Positions 19,085 through 29,323 of a DNA stretch of 64,000 nt are shown here, in pieces. Numbering within the stretch: position 1 is the first letter of the stretch; each line of letters begins with the position of its first letter. Source of the DNA: Dehalococcoidia bacterium. Its GTDB lineage: Bacteria > Chloroflexota > Dehalococcoidia > Bin125. The notes beneath the pieces were generated by a model. That model saw only the letters and a list, made by a program, of their open reading frames with translations, was not told where the DNA came from and made no database searches. Location of the stretch: positions 1,440,001-1,504,000 of the forward strand of contig CAXXSR010000001.1 of NCBI GenBank assembly GCA_963662615.2. Reading direction: 5' to 3'. Position numbers and translations under genes: made by a program.

Positions 19085-20143
19085 ATGAGCGATGAGACCC
19101 GGCGGATAGAGAGCAGCGTCGACTACGGGTGGCACGATGTGTGGCCGCGACGACCCCGGCGGGGAGAGTCGCTGCCCCCGGGGCAGTGGGTCCTGCGGGT
19201 CTTTCCGCGCTTTGCCGACAAGCCACGGACTCCTCCACCCGCTGTGCCGGCGACCCCCACGCTCAAGATACGGGGAGCCGTCGGCGATGAGCTCTCGCTC
19301 GAGTTCGGTCGGCTCCAACAACTCCAGCGCCGTGAGCTGCTCGCGGATTTTCACTGCGTCACGACGTGGAGCGTTTTCGGTCTTCGCTGGAGCGGCTGGC
19401 GCCTCGCCGATCTGTGGCGCGAAGTCATCTGCCGGGACGCGCGACCGAGCAGCGAAGCATCGCACATCGTCGCGGTCGGCCTCGACGGGCACCGCGCGAT
19501 CCTCCACCTCGACGACGCGTTGGCAGAGGACGTCTTCGTCGTGGACACCCTCGCCGGTGCTCCGCTCGACCTGGTCCACGGGGCACCGCTTCGACTGGTC
19601 AGCCCCCAGCAGTACGCCTACAAGAGCGTCAAGCACCTGACCGCCATCGAAGTGCATACCAGTGAGCCCACCCGGCAGCTCGGCAACAAGGAGCATCCCC
19701 GAGCCCGGGTCGATCGCGAAGAACGCCACGCTACCCTCCCAGCGTGGCTCGTCCGCTGGCCGTATCGAGCCGTCGTCCCCATGACAGCCATGATGGCCCG
19801 GCATAGCGCGCGCGGTGCTCCGCGAGGGAAGCGACTCAGGACACCGTGGCGCGACGCAACGCTGAGCCCGCCGAATGTGGTAGGCCTGAAAGCAGGCAAA
19901 CGGCTCCGGGTCGTGATCGTCGGCGGTAGGTTCGGCGGACTCGCCGCCGCGCGCCCCCCGAAGCCGGGCACCGGCCGGCCCCAGTACGCCTCATCGCGGA
20001 ACGCCGCGCACTTCTCGCGGGCCACGGTCCACCGACGGCGCACCGCCGCGGAGGAATCGTCCGCGCGCTACTCCCCAACCAGTTCGCGCCCTTCCGGCAA
20101 AGAGGCAGCGCGCCTAATCACTTGCTTGGCCGCGGAAGTTTGA
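19085..20143 (+). CDS. Molybdopterin-dependent oxidoreductase (MsrP/sulfite oxidase-like); 3' end reads into a FAD-oxidoreductase fragment
   Basis: LPPGQ, DFHCVTTWS, HGAPLRLV.P..YAYKSVKHL; tail contains RVVIVGGRFGGLAAAR. Confidence 0.8.
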   Translation: MSDETRRIESSVDYGWHDVWPRRPRRGESLPPGQWVLRVFPRFADKPRTPPPAVPATPTLKIRGAVGDELSLEFGRLQQLQRRELLADFHCVTTWSVFGLRWSGWRLADLWREVICRDARPSSEASHIVAVGLDGHRAILHLDDALAEDVFVVDTLAGAPLDLVHGAPLRLVSPQQYAYKSVKHLTAIEVHTSEPTRQLGNKEHPRARVDREERHATLPAWLVRWPYRAVVPMTAMMARHSARGAPRGKRLRTPWRDATLSPPNVVGLKAGKRLRVVIVGGRFGGLAAARPPKPGTGRPQYASSRNAAHFSRATVHRRRTAAEESSARYSPTSSRPSGKEAARLITCLAAEV

Positions 20144-20230
20144 TCTCGCATCACTCCCCAACGAGTTCGTGTCCAAGTAAAAAAACGCCGCGCCATGAAG
20201 GCACGCCGCCGCGGCGGAATGGTCCGCCCG

Positions 20231-21388
20231 CTACTCCCCAACCAGCTCGCGACCAATAAGCAAACGACGGATCTCGCTGGTCCCCGCGCCGATCTCCAGC
20301 AGCTTCGCGTCGCGCAGGTAGCGCGATACCGCACTGTCGTTCATGTAGCCGTAGCCGCCGTGGATCTGCACCGCCTGGTTCGCCACCCGCGTCGCCATCT
20401 CGGCCGCGTACAGGATCGCCGCCGCCGCCTCTTTGTCCACCCGCTCCCCCTCCCCCTTCGACGCCCGCTCGGCCACGACCGCCGTCCGGTACACCAGCCA
20501 GCGCGCCGCCTCGATCTCCGTGTACATGTCGGCCAGCTTCGCCTGGATCAGCTGAAAATCGCCAATGCGCTGTCCGAACTGCCGCCGCTCTCGCGCATAG
20601 GCGATGCTCGCCTCCAGCGCCGCCTCGGCAATGCCCACCGACTCCCCCGCCAGGAACACCCGCTCCACCACCAGCCCCTGCATCATCACCGTCACGCCCC
20701 GGTCCACCTCGCCCAGCACGTTCGCCGACGGCACCTCGCAGTCTTCGAGAATCAGCTCCGCCGTCGGCGACCCCCGATGCCCCAGCTTGTCCAGCTTCTG
20801 TCCCACACTGAAGCCGGGAAAATCGCTCTCGACAATGAACGCTGTGATCCCCTCCGACCCTGCCTCCGGCGCCGTCTTCGCGTACAGCACCAGCGTGTCC
20901 GCCACCGACCCGTTGGTGATGAACATCTTGGTCCCGTTGAGGAGATAGACGTCCCCCTCCCGACGCGCCGTCATGCGAATCCCCACCGCATCCGACCCCG
21001 CCTCCGGCTCGGTCAGCGCCAGCGCCCCGATCGCCTCCCCCCGGCACAGCGGCGGCAGGTATGTGCGCTTCTGCGCCTCGTCGCCGTTGACCGCAATGTT
21101 GTTCGCGCAGAGGTTGGCGTGCGCCCCGTACGACAGCGCCACCGACGCGCTCACCTTCCCCAGCTCCTCGATCACCAGCACGCCCGAGAGCAGGTCCGCG
21201 CCCGCGCCCCCGTACTCCTCGGGGATCGTCACGCCCAGCACCCCCAGCTCGCCCAGCTTCGGCCACAGCTCCGCCGGAAAGCGGTCCTCCCGATCGATCG
21301 CCGCCGCCATCGGCGCGATCTCCCTTCGCGCGAACTCACGCACCGTGTCCTGGAGAAGACGTTGCACTTCGCTCAGTGCAAAGTCCAT
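20231..21388 (-). CDS. Acyl-CoA dehydrogenase (isovaleryl-CoA dehydrogenase-like)
   Basis: ALTEPEAGSD, LNGTKMFITNG, RRQFG, QIHGGYGY, EIGAGTSEI. Confidence 0.93.
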   Translation of the reverse strand: MDFALSEVQRLLQDTVREFARREIAPMAAAIDREDRFPAELWPKLGELGVLGVTIPEEYGGAGADLLSGVLVIEELGKVSASVALSYGAHANLCANNIAVNGDEAQKRTYLPPLCRGEAIGALALTEPEAGSDAVGIRMTARREGDVYLLNGTKMFITNGSVADTLVLYAKTAPEAGSEGITAFIVESDFPGFSVGQKLDKLGHRGSPTAELILEDCEVPSANVLGEVDRGVTVMMQGLVVERVFLAGESVGIAEAALEASIAYARERRQFGQRIGDFQLIQAKLADMYTEIEAARWLVYRTAVVAERASKGEGERVDKEAAAAILYAAEMATRVANQAVQIHGGYGYMNDSAVSRYLRDAKLLEIGAGTSEIRRLLIGRELVGE

Positions 21389-21432
21389 GGGCTCCAACCC
21401 CCGCTGGCGGCAGTCTACAGCCGCTCGACGGC

Positions 21433-22033
21433 GCCTCCGCCCTCCGCTCCCCCCAGCCTGGCTACACTCCCCAACAACCAGCGAAGGGAGCGCAAAATCC
21501 CGGGAGACACCGCTGCACCACAGTGCCTCCGCCCTCCGCTCGCGCAAACCCCGCTACACACCCAGCGCCCTGCGGAGGGTGAACAAAAAGGCGCCCTGCG
21601 GAGGGAGAGCAAAAAGCCCTCCGCTGCCCCCAGCCTTGCTACACTCCCCCGCGCCTTGCGGAGGGAGAGCAAAAAGCCCTCGCGGCACGACGGCGCCTCC
21701 GCCTTTCCCCGCCCTGCGAGTGCCACAAGACCCCCCACGGTCAGCGGAACGAATAACGAAATCCTTCACGACACCGCTGCACCACAGTGCCTCCACCCTC
21801 CGCTCACCCGAACGCCGCTCAACCTCCCAGCGCACTGCGGAGGGAGAGCAAAAAGGCGACCCGCGGAGGGAGAGCAAAATCCTTCAGGCTACCGCTGCAA
21901 CGCTGCGCCTCCGCCCTCCGCTCACCCCAACCTCGCTCAACTCTCCAACGCCCTGCGGAGGGTGCACAAAAAGCCCTCCGCTGCCACCAGCCTTGCTACA
22001 CTCCCCAGCGATCTGCGGAGGGAGAGCAAAAAG
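21433..22033 (+). repeat. Array of degenerate ~60-bp ccctccgc...gcggaggg hairpin units with A-rich tails
   Basis: gcggagggagagcaaaa / ccctccgct recur repeatedly; last unit ends at ATG 22034. Confidence 0.88.
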
Positions 22034-23008
22034 ATGGTGAATACTGCCCGCGGCCCCATCGACGCCGCCGACCTCGGCCGCACCCTCATCCACGAGCACA
22101 TCGCCATCCGCACCCCCGGCATCGCCGAGAACTGGCCCGAGTTAGCCGATGACGCCTGTCTCAGCAGCGCCGAGGAAAAGCTGCGAGCGCTGGCCCAGCG
22201 GGGCATCGGCGCCATCGTCGAGCTGACCACCGCCGACATGGGCCGCGACGCCCGCTACCTCCAGGACGTCGCCGCCCGCACCAGCATCCACATCATCGTC
22301 TGCACGGGCATCTACTGGGTCGTGCCGCGATATTGGTGGCGCCGCGACGCCGAAGAGCTGGCCGCGGTCTTCGTCAAAGACATCACCGAGGGCATCCAGG
22401 GCACCGACCTCAAGGCCGGCGTGATCAAGCTCGCCAGCGACCAGGCCCCCACCGACGCCTTCGGGCGCGCCATCGTCCATCAGGGCGACGCGGCCTTGCA
22501 GGAGATGTGCCTCCGTGCCGGCGCCCGCGCCCATCGACGCACCGGCGTCCCCATCGCCACCCACAACAACCCGCCCACCCTCGGCCGCGAGCAGCAGCGC
22601 ATCTTCGCCGATGAGGGCGTCGACCTCAGCCGCGTCGTCATCGGCCACGTCGGCGACACCACCGACACCGGCTACCTCAAGGAACTCATGGAGCGCGGCA
22701 GCTGCGTCGGCATGGACCGCTTCGGCCTTGATGCGATCCTCTCCTTCGAGGATCGCGTCGACACCGTCGCCGCCCTCTGCCGCGACGGCTACACCGACCG
22801 CGTCGTCCTCAGCCACGACGCCGCCTGCTGCCTCGACTGGCTGCCGAACCATCAGAACATCGCCGAGCATCTCCCCAACTGGCACTTCAACCACATCCCC
22901 GACGACGTCCTCCCCGCCCTCCGCCAGCGCGGCGTCTCCGACCGCCAGATCGACCAGATGCTGATCGACAACCCCCGCCGCCTCTTCGACGCCCAGGACC
23001 CCTACTGA
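22034..23008 (+). CDS. Phosphotriesterase-related amidohydrolase
   Basis: TLIHEH, VIKLA, IATH, VIGH, MDRFG, LSHD, NPRRLF. Confidence 0.92.
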   Translation: MVNTARGPIDAADLGRTLIHEHIAIRTPGIAENWPELADDACLSSAEEKLRALAQRGIGAIVELTTADMGRDARYLQDVAARTSIHIIVCTGIYWVVPRYWWRRDAEELAAVFVKDITEGIQGTDLKAGVIKLASDQAPTDAFGRAIVHQGDAALQEMCLRAGARAHRRTGVPIATHNNPPTLGREQQRIFADEGVDLSRVVIGHVGDTTDTGYLKELMERGSCVGMDRFGLDAILSFEDRVDTVAALCRDGYTDRVVLSHDAACCLDWLPNHQNIAEHLPNWHFNHIPDDVLPALRQRGVSDRQIDQMLIDNPRRLFDAQDPY

Positions 23009-23175
23009 TTTCGCTCGCCTCGCCGATCGCCATCTGCTGGGTGCGCGAATCCGAGTGCAGCGACCGCTGTGCGTGACTTGATCGAAGCGCTCTGCCCTGC
23101 AACAGCATTCCCCGTCTACTTGCCTTCACCGCCACTGGAGTGGAGCCTTGGCAGTGCGGAGTGGCGAGCTACGAC

Positions 23176-24015
23176 TTAGGCATTCGCAGTATGCCGACGG
23201 TCTGCCGCATCTACATAGACGTGCGCCGCTTCGTAGAGGGCAGCGAAGACCCTCAAGAGTGAAGCCAGTAGCACTAAGGCGCGATCAATCGCGGCGTTCA
23301 TGTCTGCCGTCGGGGCGACGTTGGAGTTGGTTGCCAAACTGCGAAAGAACGAGGCTGTTCCGCTGAGCGCCCCCAGTATGCCCTCTTCAGCAAAGGCTAA
23401 CGATTGATCCCGTAGGGATCTAGGATGTCCAGCCTCGTATCGCTCAGCCATGTTCAAAAGGAGCGCGGCAGTCTGTTTTTGCTGCCGGCACAATTCGGGC
23501 AAGCGTCGTTCAATCTGCGTGGAATATCGATTGAGATCTCTCGATGCACCGCTAACCAATCGCCGCATCTTCTTCGGTCCTGAGTTAGGATCGGACTGCA
23601 GAGCAGTAAGTTGATTTGCGTGGAAAGTGAACCGCTCGCCGATCCATCGGGTGTCCCGATTCAACTTTCTCAACTCCTTAGACATTTCACCGATGGCTGC
23701 CTCACCCTCGATCCTCAGATCGAGCCACCCTTTCCTTGCGGTCGGTGGCTCTGGTACGTAAGGATTTGCAATGCGATATGCACCTTCTAGAGCGCCCAAT
23801 CCAATCAGACCCATCAAGATCAGTGCCCACGCCCATAGCGGCATCACATCCAAAATGTCCGCGACAACAGGGATGTCTTCGTCGGGTAGGAACTGCGCCC
23901 GAAGAAGATCGAAAATGCCGATGACGCCGATTACGACCGCACCCCAGCGCATCCATGGACCGATGACGGCGCGCCAGACTGTGACCCTGCGCCGAACCAT
24001 TCGCAGCATTCCCAC
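23176..24015 (-). CDS. Hypothetical membrane-anchored helical protein (atypical composition)
   Basis: 279-aa ORF, two N-terminal TM segments, visibly lower GC. Confidence 0.55.
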   Translation of the reverse strand: MGMLRMVRRRVTVWRAVIGPWMRWGAVVIGVIGIFDLLRAQFLPDEDIPVVADILDVMPLWAWALILMGLIGLGALEGAYRIANPYVPEPPTARKGWLDLRIEGEAAIGEMSKELRKLNRDTRWIGERFTFHANQLTALQSDPNSGPKKMRRLVSGASRDLNRYSTQIERRLPELCRQQKQTAALLLNMAERYEAGHPRSLRDQSLAFAEEGILGALSGTASFFRSLATNSNVAPTADMNAAIDRALVLLASLLRVFAALYEAAHVYVDAADRRHTANA

Positions 24016-24062
24016 ATGCTACGCCAGACAATCTCGGCTGGACTGCACATGCTCGGTGGCTC

Positions 24063-24791
24063 ATGAGCCCGCGCGGCTCCACCAACGCCAGTCTCAGCAA
24101 CCGCCGCACCGCCGGCAAGACTGTGCGTTGGGGCGAGTGCTACGCCGTCTCTATACTGGACGCACAGGTGGCATCTACTGACGACGCCGAAGGCGACGCG
24201 ACCTTTTCAGAATGCACACAGTGCGGGAAGCCGGCCGTCGTGAATCACGGGGGGCATCCCCTGTGCGTGGATCATCACCTCCGTATGCAGCAGGCTGGTT
24301 ATCTTGCAGGCAGCATGATCACCGCCCAACTGAACCGGATAAGCGAGGAAATTTCACACGCAATGGGCGGCCTCGTCCGGCCGATCAAAATGGAGATCCC
24401 TCGTCCGCCGTTCGTAGGAGATACTTTTACGCTCAATAACATCAATGTCTCGAACAGCACGATCGGCGCGATCAATACGGGAACCGTTCAGAATTTGGAC
24501 GCATCGATCACGTTGCTTGAGAGCGTTGAAAAGCGTGCGCTGGCATCCGCCGTCAAGGACTTCGCGCAGGAGCTCATCGACAACCCTGAGCTTGCCGCAT
24601 CCATCAAAGATGAAGTGGCCGAGCAGTTAGAGCTCGTTCTCTCCCAGGTCCAAGCGAAAGCCGACGAGAGGCGTGCGGGCACGATCAAGAGCGTGTTGTC
24701 GGGCATACGCTCGTCCGTCGGGGCAGTGGCGTCGCTTGTCGCAACTTGGGACAAGCTCGAGCCCCTTCTTAGGAGCGAAGTCCTTGGGTAA
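24063..24791 (+). CDS. Hypothetical protein with Zn-finger-like N-terminus and helical C-terminus
   Basis: CTQCGKPA...LCVDHH; NNINVSNSTIGAINTG; true start uncertain. Confidence 0.55.
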   Translation: MSPRGSTNASLSNRRTAGKTVRWGECYAVSILDAQVASTDDAEGDATFSECTQCGKPAVVNHGGHPLCVDHHLRMQQAGYLAGSMITAQLNRISEEISHAMGGLVRPIKMEIPRPPFVGDTFTLNNINVSNSTIGAINTGTVQNLDASITLLESVEKRALASAVKDFAQELIDNPELAASIKDEVAEQLELVLSQVQAKADERRAGTIKSVLSGIRSSVGAVASLVATWDKLEPLLRSEVLG

Positions 24792-25116
24792 CAGCTTCGT
24801 AATCAACCGCCACGCCGTCCCCGCCATCTTCGCGACCCTCGCCAACCCCACCACCCAGGTCAAAGGGCTCGTCGAACCCGGGCTGAGTTCGCCGCCCTAG
24901 CCGCGCCCCCCCACCAACCCCAGCCCCGCAGCCGGCGCCCCGCCGCGCCCGCTATTCGCGCGGACGCGATGTCGGCCAGATCGATGCGAGGGAGAACCGA
25001 ACGTTGCGAGTCCCCCGGCGTCCCCGCCCCCGCACAAACGAGACATCATCGGCACACCTGAACAGCGGCCGCTCGGGGCGGCAACGAGCGTCAGTGCTCC
25101 GTACGCGATCGACTTC

Positions 25117-25611
25117 TCAGGCGACGTTCGCCAACTGGAGGTCGACATCGGTGGTGGCGATGGAGCCGGTCTCGATGTGATATTTGAGGCCGGCGAGGGC
25201 GAGTCGTATCTCCTTGCGCATCATCCGTTTGAGCATCATCGATTCCACGAGCAATCCAAGGGGTCCCAGCTTCGTGCTGAATTCCTGATGCAGTGTGACC
25301 TCGGTGCTCGCCCCCCGTTCATGCACGCTCCAACGGTTGCGGAGCGCCTGCATGGGGAACGGCAGCCCGGCGGTCACGTCGTAGCTGTACGCTTCGCCCT
25401 CAGACCAAGAAACAATGGTCTCCTCGAGCGTGCCCATTTTCACGTGCTCGCAGGTGCGTACCGCGCCGACACCTTCCTTGACATCTCCCACGATCGCCGA
25501 GTCGGTGATGGTCGGCGCCCATCTGGAGACAGTGCCGAAATCGGCGAGAACTGCCCAAACCTTATCTCTGGCTGCGTCGATCACGACGCCGCTTGTCAAC
25601 GAAGACATCAT
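25117..25611 (-). CDS. SRPBCC/polyketide cyclase family protein
   Basis: IDAARDKVWAVLADFG...W.P, GVGAVRTC, GLKYHIETG. Confidence 0.85.
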   Translation of the reverse strand: MMSSLTSGVVIDAARDKVWAVLADFGTVSRWAPTITDSAIVGDVKEGVGAVRTCEHVKMGTLEETIVSWSEGEAYSYDVTAGLPFPMQALRNRWSVHERGASTEVTLHQEFSTKLGPLGLLVESMMLKRMMRKEIRLALAGLKYHIETGSIATTDVDLQLANVA

Positions 25612-25708
25612 TGTTCTCCTTTTCAATCCAAAGCCGGCTAGCTGCCGGCCTCGAGCCGGGTGACGATGAAGTCGCTGGTCCCTTCTGCGGGGCCTCCATC
25701 CCGTCCGC

Positions 25709-26592
25709 TTAGGCCATGCCCAGCGAGCTGAACAGTTGCTGGCGGCTCTTGTCGTATTGCTCGTTGAGTTCCCGCACACCCGCGGTCACCAGGGTTCCCA
25801 CGACGGTGCGCAGCGGCCGCTGCCCTGCGGGCAGGTCGACCAGGTTGGCAATGGCGTCCGCGACCTCTTGAGGGTCGGGGGCGTCGGGCCCGCTGAAGGC
25901 CTGACCGAAGCCGTCGAACATCTCCTGGGGCTTCGTGGCCATCTCGCCATACTGGGTGGGGATCTCCTCGTCGGCGGGGAAGGCGATAGCCGAACCGCTG
26001 GCCAACCCTTCGGTGAGGAAGCCGCCCGCTTCGAGGATGATCGATTCGATCCCGAAGGGGGCCAGTTCGAACGAGAACTCTTCGGCGAAGGCTTCCAATG
26101 CGGCCTTGCCTGCCGAATACGGGCTCACGAAGGGGACGATGATCCGGCCGCCGGTGCTGGAGACATGGATCAACAGCCCGGAGCGTTGCTGGCGCATCGT
26201 CGGGAGTACCGCCTTGTCCACTCGGAGCGCCCCGAAGGCGACGGTCTCGAAGGACGCTCGTACTTCGTCGAGGCTGAAGGCTTCCAGGAGCCCGGCGGTT
26301 GCGGAGGCGGCGTTGTTGAGACTACATCGATGCGACCGGCGGATGCCAGGACGTGTCGTATGGCTTCGTCGATGGTTGCCTGGTCGGTGATGTCGAGTTC
26401 AACGACCTCCAGATGGGCGTTCTCCGTGGCGGCCCACCGCCGCATGGTTTCTGCGGCTTCGGCGTTCTTGCCATCGATGCCTCGCATCGACGCGAAGACA
26501 TGGTGACCGCGCCGGGCCAGCGTTTGAGCGGTGCGGCGTCCAAAGCCGCTGCTCGAGCCGGTGACGAGGACGGCAAGGGGTGAGCTGGTCAT
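25709..26592 (-). pseudogene. SDR oxidoreductase with a frameshift near 26320
   Basis: VTGSSSGFG in ORF 26170..26592 and YSAGK in ORF 25709..26221; frame break at IDVV/NNA. Confidence 0.8.
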
Positions 26593-27328
26593 CGGTCTGT
26601 TTCCTTTGCCTGAGGCCGCGGCGTGCGACCCGCTGAACGAATGTCGAAAGTCATCCCCTGTCTTTGGCTGCGTCGATCACACGCTACGTGTCAACGAAGA
26701 CATCGTTGTTCTCCTTTCGGATCCAAAGCCGGCACGGCTGCTGTCCTCTCGCCTCCGTCTGAAGTCCCTCTCTTCTCTTAGCTTTCCAGGAGCGGCGGCC
26801 GATCGCGCCTCCTCTTTGGGCGGTTTTGCCGCAGGCAATTGGAGAGGGAGGCGGCCCTGTCGTTTGGGAGGGGTGGCGCGGCTACGAGCCGAGGAGGCCG
26901 GCGAACTCGACCCGACGCGCGGATCGGGCAAGGGGGGCACTTTGAAGGTACGCCCTCCTGGACCCAAGACGGCGCTCGTCTCGTCATCAGAGAAGGCTAC
27001 CAGGCGGCCTCGGCATCCCGGGAGTGGATCACGATCGATAGCGCCACTGGCGCGGTGTTGCCGCCGGACGAGCCTGATCCCACGCCGCGCGTTCCCTTGG
27101 AAGGCACCGAACACGACCTCGTCGCGGGCGGTTCGCTCTTCAGCCCTACTGCTTCGCCAAACTTCGCGTTTGACGTCAGTGCGTCACCGGACGGGACCCG
27201 GGTCGCCACGATCTTGGAGAGGTGAAACGCTGCCCCGAATCGAACCCATCATCGGAGCGCGCCAACGCGGTGGCATGGGTGCCTCTCCCTGATGTTCCCG
27301 CTCCCCGCGATACAGCCTAGCTCCTGAA

Positions 27329-27805
27329 CTACCCCACCAACCCCAGCCCCCGCAGCCGACGCACCGCCGCCGCCGCCGACACGTCAAACCGGCCCGCCAT
27401 CGCCCCCGCGCTCGCCCGCCCCTCCCGACGCAGCCGCCGCCACTCCGTCCGCACCAGCAACGCCGGCATCAGCAGCTCCGCCGCGAACGCATCGCACAGC
27501 GCCTCTCGCACCGGCGCCCCGAACACAGCGCGGCCATCCAACCCCGCATCGATCAGGACCATATGCCCCAGCTCATGCGCCAGCGTGAACCGCGCCCGAC
27601 GCCGCCCATCGCCACCGTTGAGAATGATCACCCAGCGCCCGCCGATGCGCTGCAGCCCCCCGCGCAGCCCCGAGTGCAGCGCGTCCTCCAGCACTACAAC
27701 GTCGCGCGGCCCCAGCCGCTGCGCGCAGTCCAGCACCGACACCGGCGCGACTGCCCCCACCGGCGCCGCCAGCTGCGCCGCCAGCCGCCGCATCGACTGC
27801 AGCAT
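27329..27805 (-). CDS. ImmA/IrrE family metallopeptidase (anti-repressor-type)
   Basis: RARFTLAHELGH, EALCDAFAAELLMP, FDVS. Confidence 0.9.
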   Translation of the reverse strand: MLQSMRRLAAQLAAPVGAVAPVSVLDCAQRLGPRDVVVLEDALHSGLRGGLQRIGGRWVIILNGGDGRRRARFTLAHELGHMVLIDAGLDGRAVFGAPVREALCDAFAAELLMPALLVRTEWRRLRREGRASAGAMAGRFDVSAAAAVRRLRGLGLVG

Positions 27806-27854
27806 CGGCAACGCTTCCAGCTTGAACTTCCGGCTTGAAACGGTCGGCAAACGG

Positions 27855-28295
27855 TCAGGCGTCCGGCTCGGCCTCGGCCTCGCTCGACTCCAGGAGGCGG
27901 CGGGCGCCCTCGAACGCGTCGTCGATCGATGCGTGGGCGGCGGCGCGCTCCGGCTCGCCCGCATATAGCAGTTCCCAGTCCTCGCGCGTGGCTGGGCGCG
28001 GCAGCATCTCGCGACGCTTCCGCTCAAAGCCAGGGTTGGTGAAGTACTCAATGCTCCGCCCGGTCAGATCGGCAACGCGCTGGAGCGTATGGACGTCTAT
28101 GCCCCGACGCCCGCGCTCAATGTCGGACAGCCAGTTCTTCTTCCGCCCCACCTGCCCGGCCAGCTCCTCCTGCGTCAGACCGGCTCGCTGGCGTGCCTCC
28201 CGCAGCCGGCGCCCCAGCGCGGCGCGGCTCGCGGATGTCACCCGCGCATCCAGCTCCTCGCTGTCGTTCTCGGGCTCCGGCGCCGACGTCGTCAT
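27855..28295 (-). CDS. XRE-family HTH repressor (ImmR/CI-like)
   Basis: LREARQRAGLTQEELA..VG....LSDIERGRR. Confidence 0.9.
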   Translation of the reverse strand: MTTSAPEPENDSEELDARVTSASRAALGRRLREARQRAGLTQEELAGQVGRKKNWLSDIERGRRGIDVHTLQRVADLTGRSIEYFTNPGFERKRREMLPRPATREDWELLYAGEPERAAAHASIDDAFEGARRLLESSEAEAEPDA

Positions 28296-28457
28296 CGCGC
28301 TCCGTCCTCCCCGCTCTCACGGACACGGCTCGCACCTGCAACCGCACCGCGCATCCCCGTCGATCCGCGCCCGCTTGCGGTCCGGTCTCGTGAATGCTAC
28401 CATACATCCGCGATGCGCGAACTCGCAAGCGCCTCGCCCTAGCCCCTGATTCCAGCA

Positions 28458-28814
28458 TTGCCATCGACTCACGATGCGCGCAGACCGGAGCGCCTCGTGA
28501 GTCAACCGTCATTCGACCCTGCCCCTCGCCATCCCCCAGCCCGCCCAGCCGCCACCCCAGCCTCCCTCGCGGCGGCCCATCCGCGAACGACGGCGGCGAC
28601 CCCCTGCCGCCACCGCTGGCATGTCGCCGCCGAGCCCCAAGCCAACGGCTATCCCGCCGCCTGTCGCCGCTGCGGTCGCACCCGCACCTTCCCCCTCGCC
28701 GACGACCTCTACGACTTCAACGAACCGCTGCCGCGCTGGGACGAACTCCCCGGCCTCGGCTGGAGCAGCCCCGACCCCACCGACGCCCTCCACGATCACT
28801 TCGACGTCGCCTAG
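28458..28814 (+). CDS. Small Zn-ribbon protein divergent from the repressor
   Basis: CRHRWHV...ACRRCGRTRTF. Confidence 0.5.
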   Translation: MPSTHDARRPERLVSQPSFDPAPRHPPARPAATPASLAAAHPRTTAATPCRHRWHVAAEPQANGYPAACRRCGRTRTFPLADDLYDFNEPLPRWDELPGLGWSSPDPTDALHDHFDVA

Positions 28815-28878
28815 CGGCGATATCCCCGAGCGACCATGTCCCGAGCGACGATGTCCCCTAGCAACAGCCCCGCACCTG

Positions 28879-29088
28879 CTAGCCGTACGCCCAGCCCTCC
28901 TTGACCAGCAACCGACGACGGATCACGCGCAGCCGCAGATGCGCCCGGCACACCGCCACCCGCACGTCCGCCACCCCCTCACCCCGGCGCCGGCCCTCCC
29001 GCACCGCCCAGCGCCGCACCCACAGCCGCCGCTCTGCCTCCCGCTCGCAGAAATGGCAGCGCCCATCGCCGTCGATGATAAAGAACAT
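28879..29088 (-). CDS. Small basic Cys/His protein
   Basis: CHFC...VCRAH; G-ending codons like other minus-strand genes. Confidence 0.4.
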   Translation of the reverse strand: MFFIIDGDGRCHFCEREAERRLWVRRWAVREGRRRGEGVADVRVAVCRAHLRLRVIRRRLLVKEGWAYG

Positions 29089-29323
29089 CTGTTCTGCGCG
29101 TCAATCAACCAGGGGCAGCTCGTCTTGGTCGCGTCTTCTCAGCGCCATGTCGGCGAGAGCCACGACCCGTTCCGAGAGCGGAGCAAGAAGCCGGTCTGGA
29201 GTCACGTGAACTGTCCGGAAAACCGGGGCAGGCTCAAACGATTCCGACCTCGTTGAACCGATCAGGATGGTTCGAGAACGCCTCGATAAGGCAATTAGGT
29301 GTCGCCTTGCCAGCGCTCCCCCC

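Noticed and set aside
20195-23008. 937-aa ORF as a single fusion protein
   Set aside because: It is the antisense shadow of the acyl-CoA dehydrogenase plus read-through of a repeat array; the real gene starts at 22034
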